A DNA stretch of 64,000 bases, taken from Heteronotia binoei. Taxonomy: Eukaryota. Positions 37,856 to 50,060 of the stretch are shown piece by piece (position 1 is the stretch's first letter; the number at the start of each line of letters is the position of its first letter). The notes beneath the pieces are model-generated. The model was not told the DNA's origin, did no database searches, and saw only the letters and a program-made list of their open reading frames with translations. Position numbers and translations under genes: made by a program. The stretch spans positions 12,214,001-12,278,000 of the forward strand of contig NC_083237.1 in NCBI RefSeq assembly GCF_032191835.1, given 5' to 3'.

Positions 37856-38372
37856 CGATCTTTTTAGTGAGGCCTTCTGGTATTTGCCATTAACTCAAGA
37901 TCAAAGGTAATCTCATGAGTAAAGCCCCTTTTGAACCGAGGGACATGGAACGAGTGGAGGGTGTTGGGAATAAGAAATGGATATTCACATGGGATACAAG
38001 AGATTATAAAGACGAAATTGTAGACTATTAATCAGAACCAGGGGTAACAATTCCTCAGAATGTCTATTTCCTTGGATAAAACAGTCTCCTTTGTGAACTG
38101 AGTTATTTTTGCCCAGAGGCATGCTGCTTTTGAAAATTGTCGACTACTTCAGAAGAATGTGGCATGCATTCCATGGTTTTGAGAAGAGGTTCTTGCTGTA
38201 CCCGCAGCACCGTTCACACTTGTGCGTTGTTGTCACCAAGTCATTTCTCGCACCAGAGAATTTTGATAAGGGAATTCTGAGGGATATTGACTTTTCTGTA
38301 CAAGACAGAGAACAAAGGAATAGAAAATGACCCTCAGAGATCCCTTATGAATAAGTGCTGGAACTGAGGAAA

Positions 38373-38651
38373 AAGAAGAAGACTGCAGATTTATACCCTG
38401 CCCTTCTCTCTGAATCAGAGTCTCAGAGCAGCTTACAATCTCCTTTATCTTCTTCCCCCACAACAGACACTCTGTGAGGTGCGTGGGGCTGAGAGAGCTC
38501 TTAGAGCAGCTTCCCTTTCAAGGACAACCTCTCTGAAAGCTATAGTTGACTGAAGGCCATTCCAGCAGCTGCAAATGGAGGAGTGGGGAATCAAACCCAG
38601 TTCTCACAGATAAGAGTCCGCACACTTAACCACTACACCAAACTGGCTCTC
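38373..38651 (-). mobile_element. Squam3-like SINE
   Basis: Full-length copy. Confidence 0.88.
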
Positions 38652-39289
38652 AATACAGACTAGGATACAGACTATGTTTGGTAAAATATTCAGATTCATG
38701 CATATTATTGTCCTTTCCAAACAAACAAACAAAAACCTTCTTCAGCAGATGGTCTTTCTCTCCGCTTCACTGAAACATGCCACTCTGACTTTTACATGTA
38801 CCCGGTAAGGACTGATTTGACCACGCACAGATTGGATCCCCTGTAGCCACAAGGGATATAAATATAATTCATCTTGAGCTTTTTTCGACAGCAGTCAACA
38901 GTGATGGAAATGGACAAAAATCTGCAGTTACCCACGGAGGGGCACCTAGTTAGCGATGGTGCCAGGAGCTGTGCCTCACTTATCAGTTCTTATCATAATA
39001 TTGTAATAAGGAGGTTTATGCCAATTTTAGACTTGACTACAGAATCAGAAATTTGTTTTGTGGCTGGTGTGCGTTTATTATATTTGTGAAATTTGTAGCT
39101 GGTGTGCTATGTATTATATTTGTGAAATACTAATTGGTGCTTTGTTTAGAATTTTGCTTCTAATGCTGCCCAAATTCTACCAGACAGTGGAGTGGATCAT
39201 AATTTTGCGGGAATAGGAAGCCAGGGCTCCCATTATCCTTGCCCTATTACTGGAAATCGGATGAGGTTAATATCGGGAAAGTGTACTTC

Positions 39290-40626
39290 CAGGGGTCATT
39301 TTATAGAAAAAGAGATGCCAGAGATGATGAAGATTGCCATCTGTCTGCTTTATATGTTTTGGTTATTTTCCGGGTTTTTTTGTGGGGGAAATATTAGAAA
39401 GTTTGTCAAATCTTAGAGTTCAGTGAAATTCTCACAGGAACAATGGAGCCCAGAAGCAAGTATTTTGGGGGAGAGGGTAAGAAAGAAAGAGCACAATACA
39501 ATTTAAAGGTTTCGGAGCTCCACTCCTGTGAACTCCCGCTAGGGTTGCCAAGTCCAATTCAAGAAATGTCTGGGGACTTTGGGGGTGGAGCCAGGAGACT
39601 TTGGGGGTGGAGCCAGGAGACATTGGGGCGGAGCCAGGAACAAGGGTGTGACAAGCCTAATTGAACTCCAAGGGAGTTCTGGCCATCACATTTAAAGGGA
39701 CAGCATACCTTTTAAAATGTCATTTCCAAGCTCCAGGCTGGTGTGCAGCCCCTTGCTCCGCGGGCGGCAGCACCGCTTTTTCTCCTTGGCACAGCTGCTC
39801 TGACTGCAAGGGATGGAGCCGGTGACGTCACAAGGATCACGCAGCCTGCCCAGGGCCACTGCTCTTTACCTGCCACCCCAGCCAGGCCAGGGAACTTTAG
39901 GGGGTTTGGGCAGCAGCCGCAGGCAGGGAAGGCAGCAGCGGCTGGCCTCTCTCCCCCTGCCCCCGCAGACCGACTGCGCGCCCAGAAGGGCCAGGGGGGT
40001 GCCAGGTAGGCGCCCGGCTGCAGGGGCTGGCGAGGCCCAGGCAGCTTCCAAGCGAGAGGGCAGCTCGGCTCCTGGAGAGGCCCGTAGAAAGGCAGCCTTC
40101 CTTTGCCCCACCGCCCTGGCCAGATGCCCACCTGGCTGGGCCTGCCACTGGCCCGGGGGGGGGAGAACACAGCCGGGCAAGCGGCTGCAGGCAAAGACCT
40201 GCCCACTGCTCTCTGTCTGCGCAGCGCCTGCAAAAGCAAAGGGCCGCCGCAGAAGAGGCCCACACGCGTGCTTCCCTCCCTCCCTCCGGGGACAGTCGGC
40301 GCTCCACCACCAGGGCGCGGAAGAGCCCCCAGCCAGCCGGGCTGAGACGGGAAGGGAAGCTGCGTGGCCGCCACCAGACAGAAAAGGGCTCCGAGAGGGA
40401 GTGCCCAGCTCCAGCCCACCCCTCCGGCGCAAGACCTCGGTCGGCAGCCAACCCAGCCAGAGGCCCACTCGCGCTCGGCTCGTCTTGTCTCGGGCAGGTA
40501 GGAAGGGCCGCCATTCCCCCCTGCTTTCCAGATTTTTGGCGAGCGGGGGGAGGAGGCTCCAAATCGGGGGTCCCCCGCCCAGGCGGGGGATTTGGGAAGC
40601 CTAACTCCCGCCCAAAATGAGGCCTG
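39290..40626. mobile_element. hAT MITE hosting a nested element
   Basis: Ends CAGGGGTCATTT / AGGCCTG, TSD TGTACTTC/TGTGCTTC. Confidence 0.8.
39540..40603. mobile_element. Young hAT non-autonomous element with a GC-rich interior
   Basis: Ends TAGGGTTGCC / GGGAAGCCTA, perfect TSD ACTCCCGC. Confidence 0.88.
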
Positions 40627-41742
40627 TGTGCTTCTATGTTATTGATTTAAAACATTTGAAATATGGAATTAAGGGACCCTGGGTTTTGCCTCTGAAATAC
40701 TTTCTGAAGATGTTTTGAGAAGTACAGAAAGAAGAAAGGAATCGAGATTTCACACTAAAGAGCAAATGTGATGAAATAAAGACTAAGGAAATCCGTGTTT
40801 GTATTCCCATGTAAACATAAATCAATTTAGAAGGGTAGGGTTCCGTTTAGGATTGCAAGGGTGTATAATTCCATTTAGGGTTACACTGTCAGTTAGTTAA
40901 TTTATCCAAGACCTTGTCTAGTAGTTTGTCTCTTGGAGGGGAAGTTTGTTTGTTTGTGTTTAAGCCAGTCTCTCTGGTTTTTGAATTTGAAACAGTGTGA
41001 TCCAGTACTCCTTATGAACAATTATGGTGCAAAAGAAGTGCAAAAAGTGAGCACAATTATATTCTCCCGTAGTCTTATGTTGTTTATTGTATATTGAATG
41101 TTATATAATAAAGATTATATGACTTACAGTCTTACCTTTAGTCAACTTACATGCAGAGGTTTTTCTTTTTCTCCTTTTGAGGAAATATGGTACAATAACT
41201 CCACAGCACCCAGTATTGGAACAGAATTTTATTAGAACACAGGCAAGGCCTGGTCTGGGTCCTGCTGGGTCTAATAAACAGACACAGCCAAGAACCAATA
41301 TAACAGCTGAAAAGTGAAACTAAAGCAAAGGCTATTTTGTTAAGAGATCATGTTAAAATGACTTTACAATGCAATAAGGGAACAACACCAAATTCAGAAC
41401 TTTCATATGAACATATAAAGCTGCCTTCTACTGAATCAGACCCTGGGTCCATCAAAGTCAGTATTGTCTACTCAGACTGGCAGCGGCTCTCCGGGGTCTC
41501 AAGCTGAGGTTTTTCACACCTATTTCCCTGGACCCTTTTCAGTTGGAAATGCCGGAGATTGAACCAAGCAGATGCTCTACCACTGAGCGATTGTCCCTCC
41601 TCAACTTTCCACTGTATAACATATATTAAAAATAATACCAATAGTATTTGCAGCAGTAGTAGATTGTAGCTAACGGTAGTGCCGCCGCCACTACCAAGTA
41701 TGCTTGTTACTGTTGCTCAAGCATAACTGGCTGGGTCTTTTT

Positions 41743-42214
41743 TAGGGTTGCCAGGTCTGTGTTGGAAAATACTCAGGGCTGGCCTCGCCACTAGGCAAAC
41801 TAGGTGATTGCCTAGAGCACCAGTCATTGCCTAGGGTGCCCAATTCAGTGCCCCCATGAGATTCGGTAATGTTATCAGTATGCCAGGGGTGCACCATAAA
41901 TTAGCCTTGCCTAGGGTACCAGACAGTCTAGGGCTAGCTCTGAAAAGACCTGGAGACTTTGGAGGTGGAGCTAGGAGAGGGCGGGGTTTGGGGAGGGGCC
42001 TCAGCATGGGACAATGCCATAGACTCCACCCTTCCAAGCAGCCATTTTCTCCAGGGGAGCTCATCTCTGCCACCTGTATAACACAGTATAACATATACTA
42101 AGAATAATACCAATAGTATTTGCAGCAGAAGTAGATTGTAGCTAATAGTAGTGCCACCACCACAGTTGTAAAAGTGGGAGATCTCCAGGCCCCACCTGGA
42201 GAACGGCAACCCTA
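41743..42214. mobile_element. hAT MITE with internal insertions
   Basis: TIRs TAGGGTTGCC / GGCAACCCTA, TSD GTCTTTTT/GTTTTTTT. Confidence 0.8.
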
Positions 42215-42232
42215 GTTTTTTTCATTCTCAGG

Positions 42233-43870
42233 ATGAACCAATCTATGCAAGAAATGCATTTCCTGGACACTACTGTAAAAATACACAATGGATGCATAGA
42301 CACCACCTTACACCAGAAACCTACTGACTAACAAACATACTTGCATGCCTCCAGCTACCATCCCAAACAGTAAACAACCCATTGTATACAGCCAGGCTCT
42401 ACGCTACAGCTGCATTTGCTCCAATCCTACTGACAGAGATTCTCACCTGGGGGATCTACAACAAACCTTTTTGGAACTAAAGTACCCACCTGATGAAGTC
42501 AGAAAACAGATTAACAAAGCCAGAGTGATACCTGTTACAAGACAGGCCCAAAAAAAGATAATAACAGAACACCACTAGTTGTCACACACAACTCTCAGCT
42601 CAAAAGAGTTAAATGTATCTGTGAGGGACCGTCAGGGTCAACTTGCGGAAAGTGACCACTGTGGTCTTTTCAGTCACCTTCGCCCAGTACCTCAGGCACA
42701 CAAACTAAAATCCTGTCAGAAAATGACTAAGCACCAGACTTTTTCAAATTCAAAATCCAAAAAGTATATTTATTGGTTTACAAAATGCAAGGGAGGAAAT
42801 AAAATAATAGTTATTGGTTTGATTGTTAACAAATCAGTTGGCAGGCATAAGTTCAACTAAACAAACAATCTTTAATCACCAGAGATGTTGGCAGGTTGAA
42901 GTTCTATAAAATTACTGGCAGGCTTAAGATCTATAAAACAAACAGATTCTAAACAGACAGGCAGTGCCTCCTTCGCACTAAGAACACTCTAATCAGAGAA
43001 GGATTATAAAATAAAAAAGGGCCACACATTCTGTCTTTCACACCAAGGACTATCTGACTTGTGCCAAAAGTTTCCCCACACAGACACTCTCTAACTAGCA
43101 TACAGACACACTCCAGACCTTAGAGTGATACCTCAGGGCTCACACCTTTGAGTGCTATCTCATAAGTCCCTCAATCCTGTGTGTTCCCCCGCCAGCTAGT
43201 GTCCCTGTCTATCTCCTGGGATTTCTTCTCAGCCACAATGATCTAGCCTCTCTCCCAGTGTACTGGTGTGTTCTTAATTGAACCAGGAGTCTGCCCTGAA
43301 GTGCTGACAGATCTCCTCAGCAGAGCCTTCAGTTTTCCTCTGCTTTCACTCAGAGAGTTTCCTCACAGAAAGAGCCTAGCTTTGCCCTTTCTTCCAAATA
43401 ACTCTCTTTCTCAGACAGAAATCCTAAAATCAGTTCAGTCTCACAAGGAACTCAGCCCACAGGCTGTTCTCAGCTCCTTCCCAGTTGCTTGTCACAACTG
43501 AACTCCTTCAGAGCTAACTCCCTACTCTGAACTGCTTCAGTACAAAAGCTGAACTCCACTGTGATTTCCCCTCACACAAGCCTTCTTACAAATTGATACA
43601 TTTGGTATCCATGGCTGTGGCTCAGCCAATCAGAGCAAGCTGTTCCCTGCTTACTTAGGCTAACTGCTTCAGTCCATTACAGCATCAACAATGACTTACA
43701 ACCCTTACTAGACAATGACAGCTCTCTTTCGTAAGTACTGAGGGGCAAACTTTTTCTTGCACACGGACAACCCCACAATCTCAAACAACTCCTCATCCAC
43801 AATAATACAACATCACATTTGAGCATGGACCAGAGCTTGCAATAAACTCAAATGCCAGCTTTGCTGTCAT
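42233..43870 (+). mobile_element. Penelope-like element fragment, split by a solo LTR
   Basis: Encodes EMHFLDTTVKI...KPTD...YLHASSYHP...IVYSQALRY, then after the LTR NDLQPLLDND...RQP.NLKQLL...C..C.LC.HI, i.e. the RT thumb and the linker before GIY-YIG. Confidence 0.85.
42620..43681 (-). mobile_element. Solo LTR (same family as 12768-14046)
   Basis: TGTGA...TTACA ends, TSD GTATC/GCATC, end-to-end homology with the other copy. Confidence 0.85.
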
Positions 43871-43874
43871 ATAC

Positions 43875-44200
43875 ACCTGATAATTGAAATCTTTGACATC
43901 GCCCTTTTTTTAGAACTGGGTTATAGATTGCGTTTCCAGTCTATAGGCCATTGCCTTGTTTTCCATATTTGTCGGCAGATTCTTGTTTTTCATTTGATAG
44001 ATTGTTTCTGTGACTTGGAATAGCTCTATTGATATCCCATCTACTTCTGGTGAACTGTTTCTCCCAGTTCCTCCTTATGCAGCATTCACTTCACTTTCAA
44101 AATCTGTAGGTTCTTCTTCAAAAGTTTCTTCCTTAAAGGGATCTGTCATCCTTTCATTTCTTCCCATCTGGTTTTCATTCAAGAATAAAGCCATCCTTTT
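43875..44200 (-). mobile_element. RTE/BovB LINE internal fragment
   Basis: Across frameshifts the minus strand reads EEP..ESEV.AA...NSSPEVDGISIELFQ...CRQIWKTRQWPIDWKR...KKGD. Confidence 0.8.
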
Positions 44201-45463
44201 GGATTCTCCATGGAGTAACTAAGTGCCATGATCCTGAAGAAGAATAATGATATCCTAAGGGAGAAGAGAAGAATCCAGAGGACATGGGATGATGTAGCAT
44301 TTTTTAAAAACCTGCTGGGAGTAGCTGGAGGTAAATATCAGCAGAAAGTCTCCCCTGATGAGCAAATCAGTCTGGTTAGGGTTTTGGTGCATCGCCTCCT
44401 TCTGCAAAAGATGCTTTAAAAGGAGAGAGGCAAACTGGTCCTTAACTTCCCACCTCTTCAAAGCTTTCTACACATCCAAAGCAATGGCATCGTTGAGCTC
44501 AAATATTTGGAAAACGGCAAAGTCTTCAAGCATAGTGAAGAGACTCTTTAGAGGATGATCTGGAGAGAGTGCTGGAGATGATTTTAGATTCCAAGATGGA
44601 GAACCTGCCAGAAGAAGACTGCAAGACTTGAAGCGAATGTTCTACAGAGTGTGCCCGAACAGGCTACACCTCTTACAGAGACATCTTGCCGAAGCTCATC
44701 CTTCAATCTCTTACTTAATTTCATGCATCCTGACAAAGCTACACCTGCCTGCCAGTGAGGTCGTTTGCCTGTGAGTGAATCTGAGTGGCTTCCCCGCCCC
44801 CCCCCCCAAATATTAATCTATGCCATCATGACCACCCCATCACTAATAGAATAGGCAACCAGGCCTCAGATTCAGCAGAAGCTCACAGGAGCACAGCTCC
44901 TGAACCTTTCTGAGGGTTCTCCTCTTCCTCCCCACCTACCTTGTCCATTAAATAGTAGGTGCAGCTGCATAACAATCCCTAGATTAGGAGAGCGGGCAGC
45001 CAGGCAACCACGAGGGCTTTGCCACACCCCCATCAGCCCTCATTAAACCCTAGAGAAGCCCACACTGCCCTTTCTCCACCTCTTATGTGATTTTGCGTGG
45101 CGGGTAGCTTGCTGGCCTTTTGACTGGGGGGGTGGCCCAGGAGAGCCGCAGGCAAACAAGACCTGCTTGGGCTGGCTGGATCTCTAGCCAGCCCAAGCAG
45201 GCCTCGCTCGCCCAGGGCTCTCCTTTCTTGTATTGGGTTGCTTTTGGCTGGGGGGCAGCATATGCTAATGAGTTGTGCTAATGAGGCTGCCACCTATTTT
45301 TCTACAAAATGACCCCTGCAGGCAACCCAACTGACATGTAACTTGAAAGAAAAAAAACCTATGCAAAGAAATCACAAGTTGTGTCTGATGGGTAGAAAAG
45401 TGTAGTATTTTAGCAAACCAGTTTTTTTAAAACAACATAGTGAGAGTCGCCCTCTGATTGCTG

Positions 45464-45982
45464 TAGGCTTCCCAATCCCCAGGTCCCAGCGGGGGATCCC
45501 CCGGTTTTACAGGCTTCCCCCCTCCCCCAGCCAGCTGGCCGGCGGGGGAAGCCCCACCCCCACAGCCATTATGCACCTCCATGAACGATTCCCATAGGGA
45601 ATGATGGGGAATTGATCTGCGGGTATTGGGGGCTCTGGGGGGGGCTGTTTTTTGAGGTGGAGGTGCCAAATTTTCAGTATAGCATTTAGTGCCTCTCCCC
45701 CAAATACCTCCCAAGTTTCAAAAGGATTGGACCGGGGGGTCCAATTCTATGAGCCCCAAAAGAAGGTGCCCCTATCTTTCATTATTTCCTAAGGAAGGAA
45801 GGCATTTTAAAAGGTGTGCTGTCCCTTTAAATGTGATGGCCAGAACTTCCTTGGAGTTCAATTATGCTTGTCACACCCTTGCTTCTGGCTCTGCCCCCAT
45901 GTCTCCTGGCCCCACCCCCAAAGTCTCCTGGCTCCACCCCCAAAGTCCCCAGATATTTCTTGCATTGGACTTGGCAACCCTA
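45464..45982. mobile_element. hAT MITE (same family as 8346-8853)
   Basis: Perfect TSD GATTGCTG. Confidence 0.88.
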
Positions 45983-46049
45983 GATTGCTGTCTTAGTGGA
46001 AACTGGATAAATATTTCCACCACTTGGGGAAAGGGGGACAGTTTAGAGT

Positions 46050-46311
46050 AGAAGAAGACATTGGATTTATACTCAGCCCTTCACATTGAATCTCAGAGTG
46101 GCCTACAATCTCCTTTACCTTCCTCCCCCACAACAGACACCCTACAAGGTGGGTGGGGCTGAGAGAGCTCTGACAAAAGCTGCCCTTTCAAAGACAACTC
46201 TGCAACAGCTACGGCTGACCCAAGGCCTTTCCAGCAACTGCAAGTGGAGGAATGGGAAATCAATCCCGGTTCTCCCAGATAAGAGCTCGTGCACTTAACT
46301 ACTACACCAAA
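46050..46311 (-). mobile_element. Squam3-like SINE
   Basis: Near full-length copy. Confidence 0.82.
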
Positions 46312-46890
46312 TTGAGTACAGGATAACTATTGGCTCGTGCATTAAGCACCTGGTGGGGCCTTATAGTGAGAGCTGTTTGAGAAGAGAAGGTGTTCCTTAA
46401 ATGATTGTGAAAACGTTAGGAATCTGTGTTAGGATCAGGCCCTTCCAAAAAGCACCTTTTAATATGAACTGTATTTATATATTTGCCCTGAAATGGATGG
46501 CCCAAGATGGCCTAACCGCATGAAAACTCAGAAGTTAAGCAGAGTTAGCCCTAATGAATACTAGCAGGACTTTTTTTTGTAGCAAGAACTCCTTCGCCTA
46601 TTAGGCCACGCACCCCTGATGTAGCTGATCCTCCTGGAGTTTACAGTAGACCCTGTACTATTTTTTTTTTTTAATTTAGGTTATTTCTATTTTGCCCTTT
46701 CCCAGAGAAGGGCTCAGGGCGGATAACAACATAATAAAAACAATTTAAAATGTACATTTAAAACCAGACCAATATAAACAATACATTTAGATAGATTGCA
46801 AAAAAATTATAAATGGTGGCTCAGTTGGGTACATATTAAACATACTGAAGGTCTTGAACCTCCTGAAGGCACCTGGGGGGGGGGGGGGGG

Positions 46891-47171
46891 GTTGGCCACT
46901 GTGTGACACAGAATGTTGGACTGGATGGGCCATTGGCCTGATCCAACAGGGCTTCTCTTATGTTCTTATGTGACACAGAGTGTTGGACTGGATGGGCCAT
47001 TGTCCTGATCCAACATGGCTTCTCTTAGGTTCTTATGTGACACAGAGTGTTGGACTAGATGGGCCATTGTCCTGATTCAACATGGCTTCTCTTAGGTTCT
47101 TATGTGACACAGAGTGTTGGACTGGATGGGCCATTGGCCTGCTCCAACATGGCTTCTCTTATGTTCTTATG
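46891..47171 (+). repeat. Four tandem copies of the 67-bp CR1 3' terminus
   Basis: Units start at 46904, 46971, 47038 and 47105, each TGACACAGAGTGTTGGAC...TTCTTATG. Confidence 0.92.
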
Positions 47172-47399
47172 ACTGGATACAAACCAATGATAGCAGACTA
47201 AAACTGAGGCAGCAGGACTCACTGGCCTCCACGGTCCTACTGCTGCCCACTGAGGTCCCCCTAAATCTGCTCTTGGGAGCCAAGGTACCCACAAGAACAG
47301 GGCAGGAGGCAAAGTGCGAGTCTCTAGAGGGACTGAAAAATTAGCCTCTCTCCTCTGCCAAGTGACAAGACACTCCGCTGTGATTGAATGGCACCTCTG

Positions 47400-49330
47400 T
47401 CCTTCTAATAACAAGTTTTATTAAATTTTATAGGCAAAATTAGGGAATTGGGGGAAGGATCAGGGATAGGATACAGATAATAAAGAAATAGATTACAGTT
47501 ATTACTACATCAAGAAAAACAAAAGAAAAAGTATAATTCATTATACCTGCAAGTACTCAAAATTAATACATAGATATTACCTTTAAAGTCTACAAATATT
47601 TTATGATCTTTTGATATTACTGTAAAATCCTCCTGTTTTACCAACTATTTAGTGGCAGATTCCAGATTCTTATCTATCGTATCTGTGATCATACAAAACC
47701 AAATCTATGTATCTTTAATCTACATAAAACAATAGAAGGACGGGGAAAAAAGAAGAGAAAGAAAGGTTCAAATTCTGGTCCTCAGTACTAGCTTATTAAC
47801 CAAGTGGTTTCAATATATAGCAACAGCAGCTGCATCTCTATCTAATTTACAAAGAAATCTCAAGGCTAAACGAAAATAAAACAAACTTCTCATTAACCAT
47901 GAAAGGCTTCTGAGTTAGATGATACTCATGTCTTATTAACAAATGTTGTTAACTTTAGGCATCTACTTGAAAAGTTAGCTCTCTTTATTAAACAAAAAGG
48001 ATGGGTTTTCAAAAAAGAAAAAAGAAAAAGTAAGCAAGGGAGGAGAAGAAAAAAACACACAAACCCATGGAATGCTGTTTTTACAGCAGCCCTCATCTCA
48101 GAAGGTGCTAGCCATTCCCAATTGCTCCCACAACTTCACACTAAACAGAAAGGGGAACCTTGATCTATAGGAAAGATTCATCTCACTTCCATCAAATTGT
48201 ACTCATTTAGTTCCCTGGAAAACAAAGAAAAAAGCTCTTAGTGGATTAATTCATTGGCAGACATCTCAATGCATGGGAATGAACAAAGAGCATCTCCTCA
48301 CCAACCATTCAAGAAAAAGCAAAAATATTATAAAGATATGTACACACTTTCCTTATATATATGTATGTGTGTATGTAATTCTAGCTACAATAGTCCAAAT
48401 TCTAATTAAACAGTTTAACTTTTTAGCCTTACATTAGCGTATATTTAAATTTTAAAAAGTTTTACAAGTTGTTAGAGTCATTAAAACCCCTCTTTTTTTT
48501 TGTTAAACTTCATTATGACTTTGAGTTCTGCAGAAAATCACACCAAACCAAAACAAGCTGCCCATTCAATTTGAAAAATAAAAAACCAAATAATCCTGCT
48601 TTATGTTTGAAGAATCCTTAAAAAAGGGGGGGATTCAAAATTAAGTCCCATGATATTGTGCCCGTTAGAGAATAGTCTTATAATCTCTTCTTGTAGTTTG
48701 AATAAAAATGAAGATCCCCTAGTTCGAAAATCAGAATATCCATTCCAAGATGTTATGTCAGATCCATAATATTATGCTCATGTCAACCCACTGTATGGTA
48801 AGAGTTTATATTTTCTTCTTCCTAAATCCTTCCAGATCATAATCCTTGTTGTTGGACTTGCTCTGAGGCTGTAGATTTTAATTGAGTCAACTGATTTTTC
48901 CCTTTCATTGCTGAGCATTTTTACAAAAAGCTTTGGAACCAAATTGATGTTACTCCCCCTTTTCTTTCTCTCAGTGAACTGTAGGTTTTGTTTCTCCTGC
49001 ATAAGTGCATAAACTGCATTCATTTTAAAATCACGCAAAGCAATCTCAGGCAATTGTTGTTTCATTTTTGCCCACTTCTCAGGCAGATTTTGTGCTCCTT
49101 GATACCTCCGTTCTTGTATATTTTCCATATTTTCCATTTCTTTACAATTCTCCAGGAATTTTCCCATCTGTTCCTTTGCCAATTCTGCTAAAAAAAAACT
49201 CCCTGCCTTATGGAGAGTATAGTAGTCATAAAATCTTTTGAATTGTTCATCTCTTCCCTGCTGTTATAATCAGTATGATAGTAGAAATCAGAGAATAGAT
49301 TCAGAGTGCCAGGCTGAAAATCCAGAAATC
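47400..49330 (-). mobile_element. Decayed L1/Tx1-like LINE 3' region
   Basis: A-rich, broken ORF remnants (ORF 48778-49182, ...IWKDLGRRKYKL) and T-rich tracts on the element strand. The family call is tentative. Confidence 0.45.
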
Positions 49331-49571
49331 CAGCTTTTCTCATATAAAGTCATATTCCATCTTTGATCAAGCTGTGTATAGTATGTTGGTAGTCCAATTG
49401 TCACTTATTTAATTTTAAACCAGATCTATCCACAACTATGTACTCGGATCCAACCCAACACTGTCTGTTGTGCGGGGGGCGGGGGGGAGTCACCTAAAAG
49501 CCTGACAAATTTAATAGGTTTTCACACTTGTGCCAATAGAGCCTTTCATCTGGAACCATGCAAGGAAAGCA

Positions 49572-49836
49572 GGACTGATTTCCCACTTGCCTTACTCCGC
49601 TCTCATGTTCCTCTTCTCAGCAGGGCTTCCTTCCGATTTCACACTATCTGCCCCAGGGCTGCAACTAGCATTGGCTTTTTTGTGCAGCAAACAGAAACTG
49701 GTTTTTAGAGGTTTCTGTTTGCTGCGCAAAAAAGCCGACGCTAGTTGCAGCCCCGGGACAGATAGTTGAAATCAGAAGGAAGCCCCACTGAGAAGAGGAA
49801 CGTGAGAGTGGCGTAAGGTGAGTGGGAAATCGGACC
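49572..49836. mobile_element. Hairpin MITE (Harbinger-like), about 225 bp upstream of an OR start
   Basis: Inverted arms of about 120 bp meeting at CAGAAAC...GTTTCTG. Confidence 0.8.
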
Positions 49837-50060
49837 AGGTTTTAAAATCTGGATGAAGACAGGAAGGATCAGAGGGGCCTCAGGTGAGGATCTCAATGAA
49901 TGGGCAGGAAGAAAATTATTTACGTTTTGTGCATACATATTATATCCATAGAATCTCTGTCTCTGTACCTAGAGATGATTCTTATATTCCTCACTATCCT
50001 GCCCCCCTGAACCTTAAAAACCTCTATCAATTTTCTTTTGCAGAAGGCAATATCCCATGG

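Noticed and set aside
39712-40604. Several overlapping ORFs of 200-263 aa
   Set aside because: They are open in many frames because GC-rich DNA has few stops, show no domain, and lie inside a TSD-bounded element.
49884-50060. 59-aa N-terminal extension giving a 366-aa OR
   Set aside because: It runs through a polypyrimidine/AG acceptor; the paralogs start at the MxCEN position.
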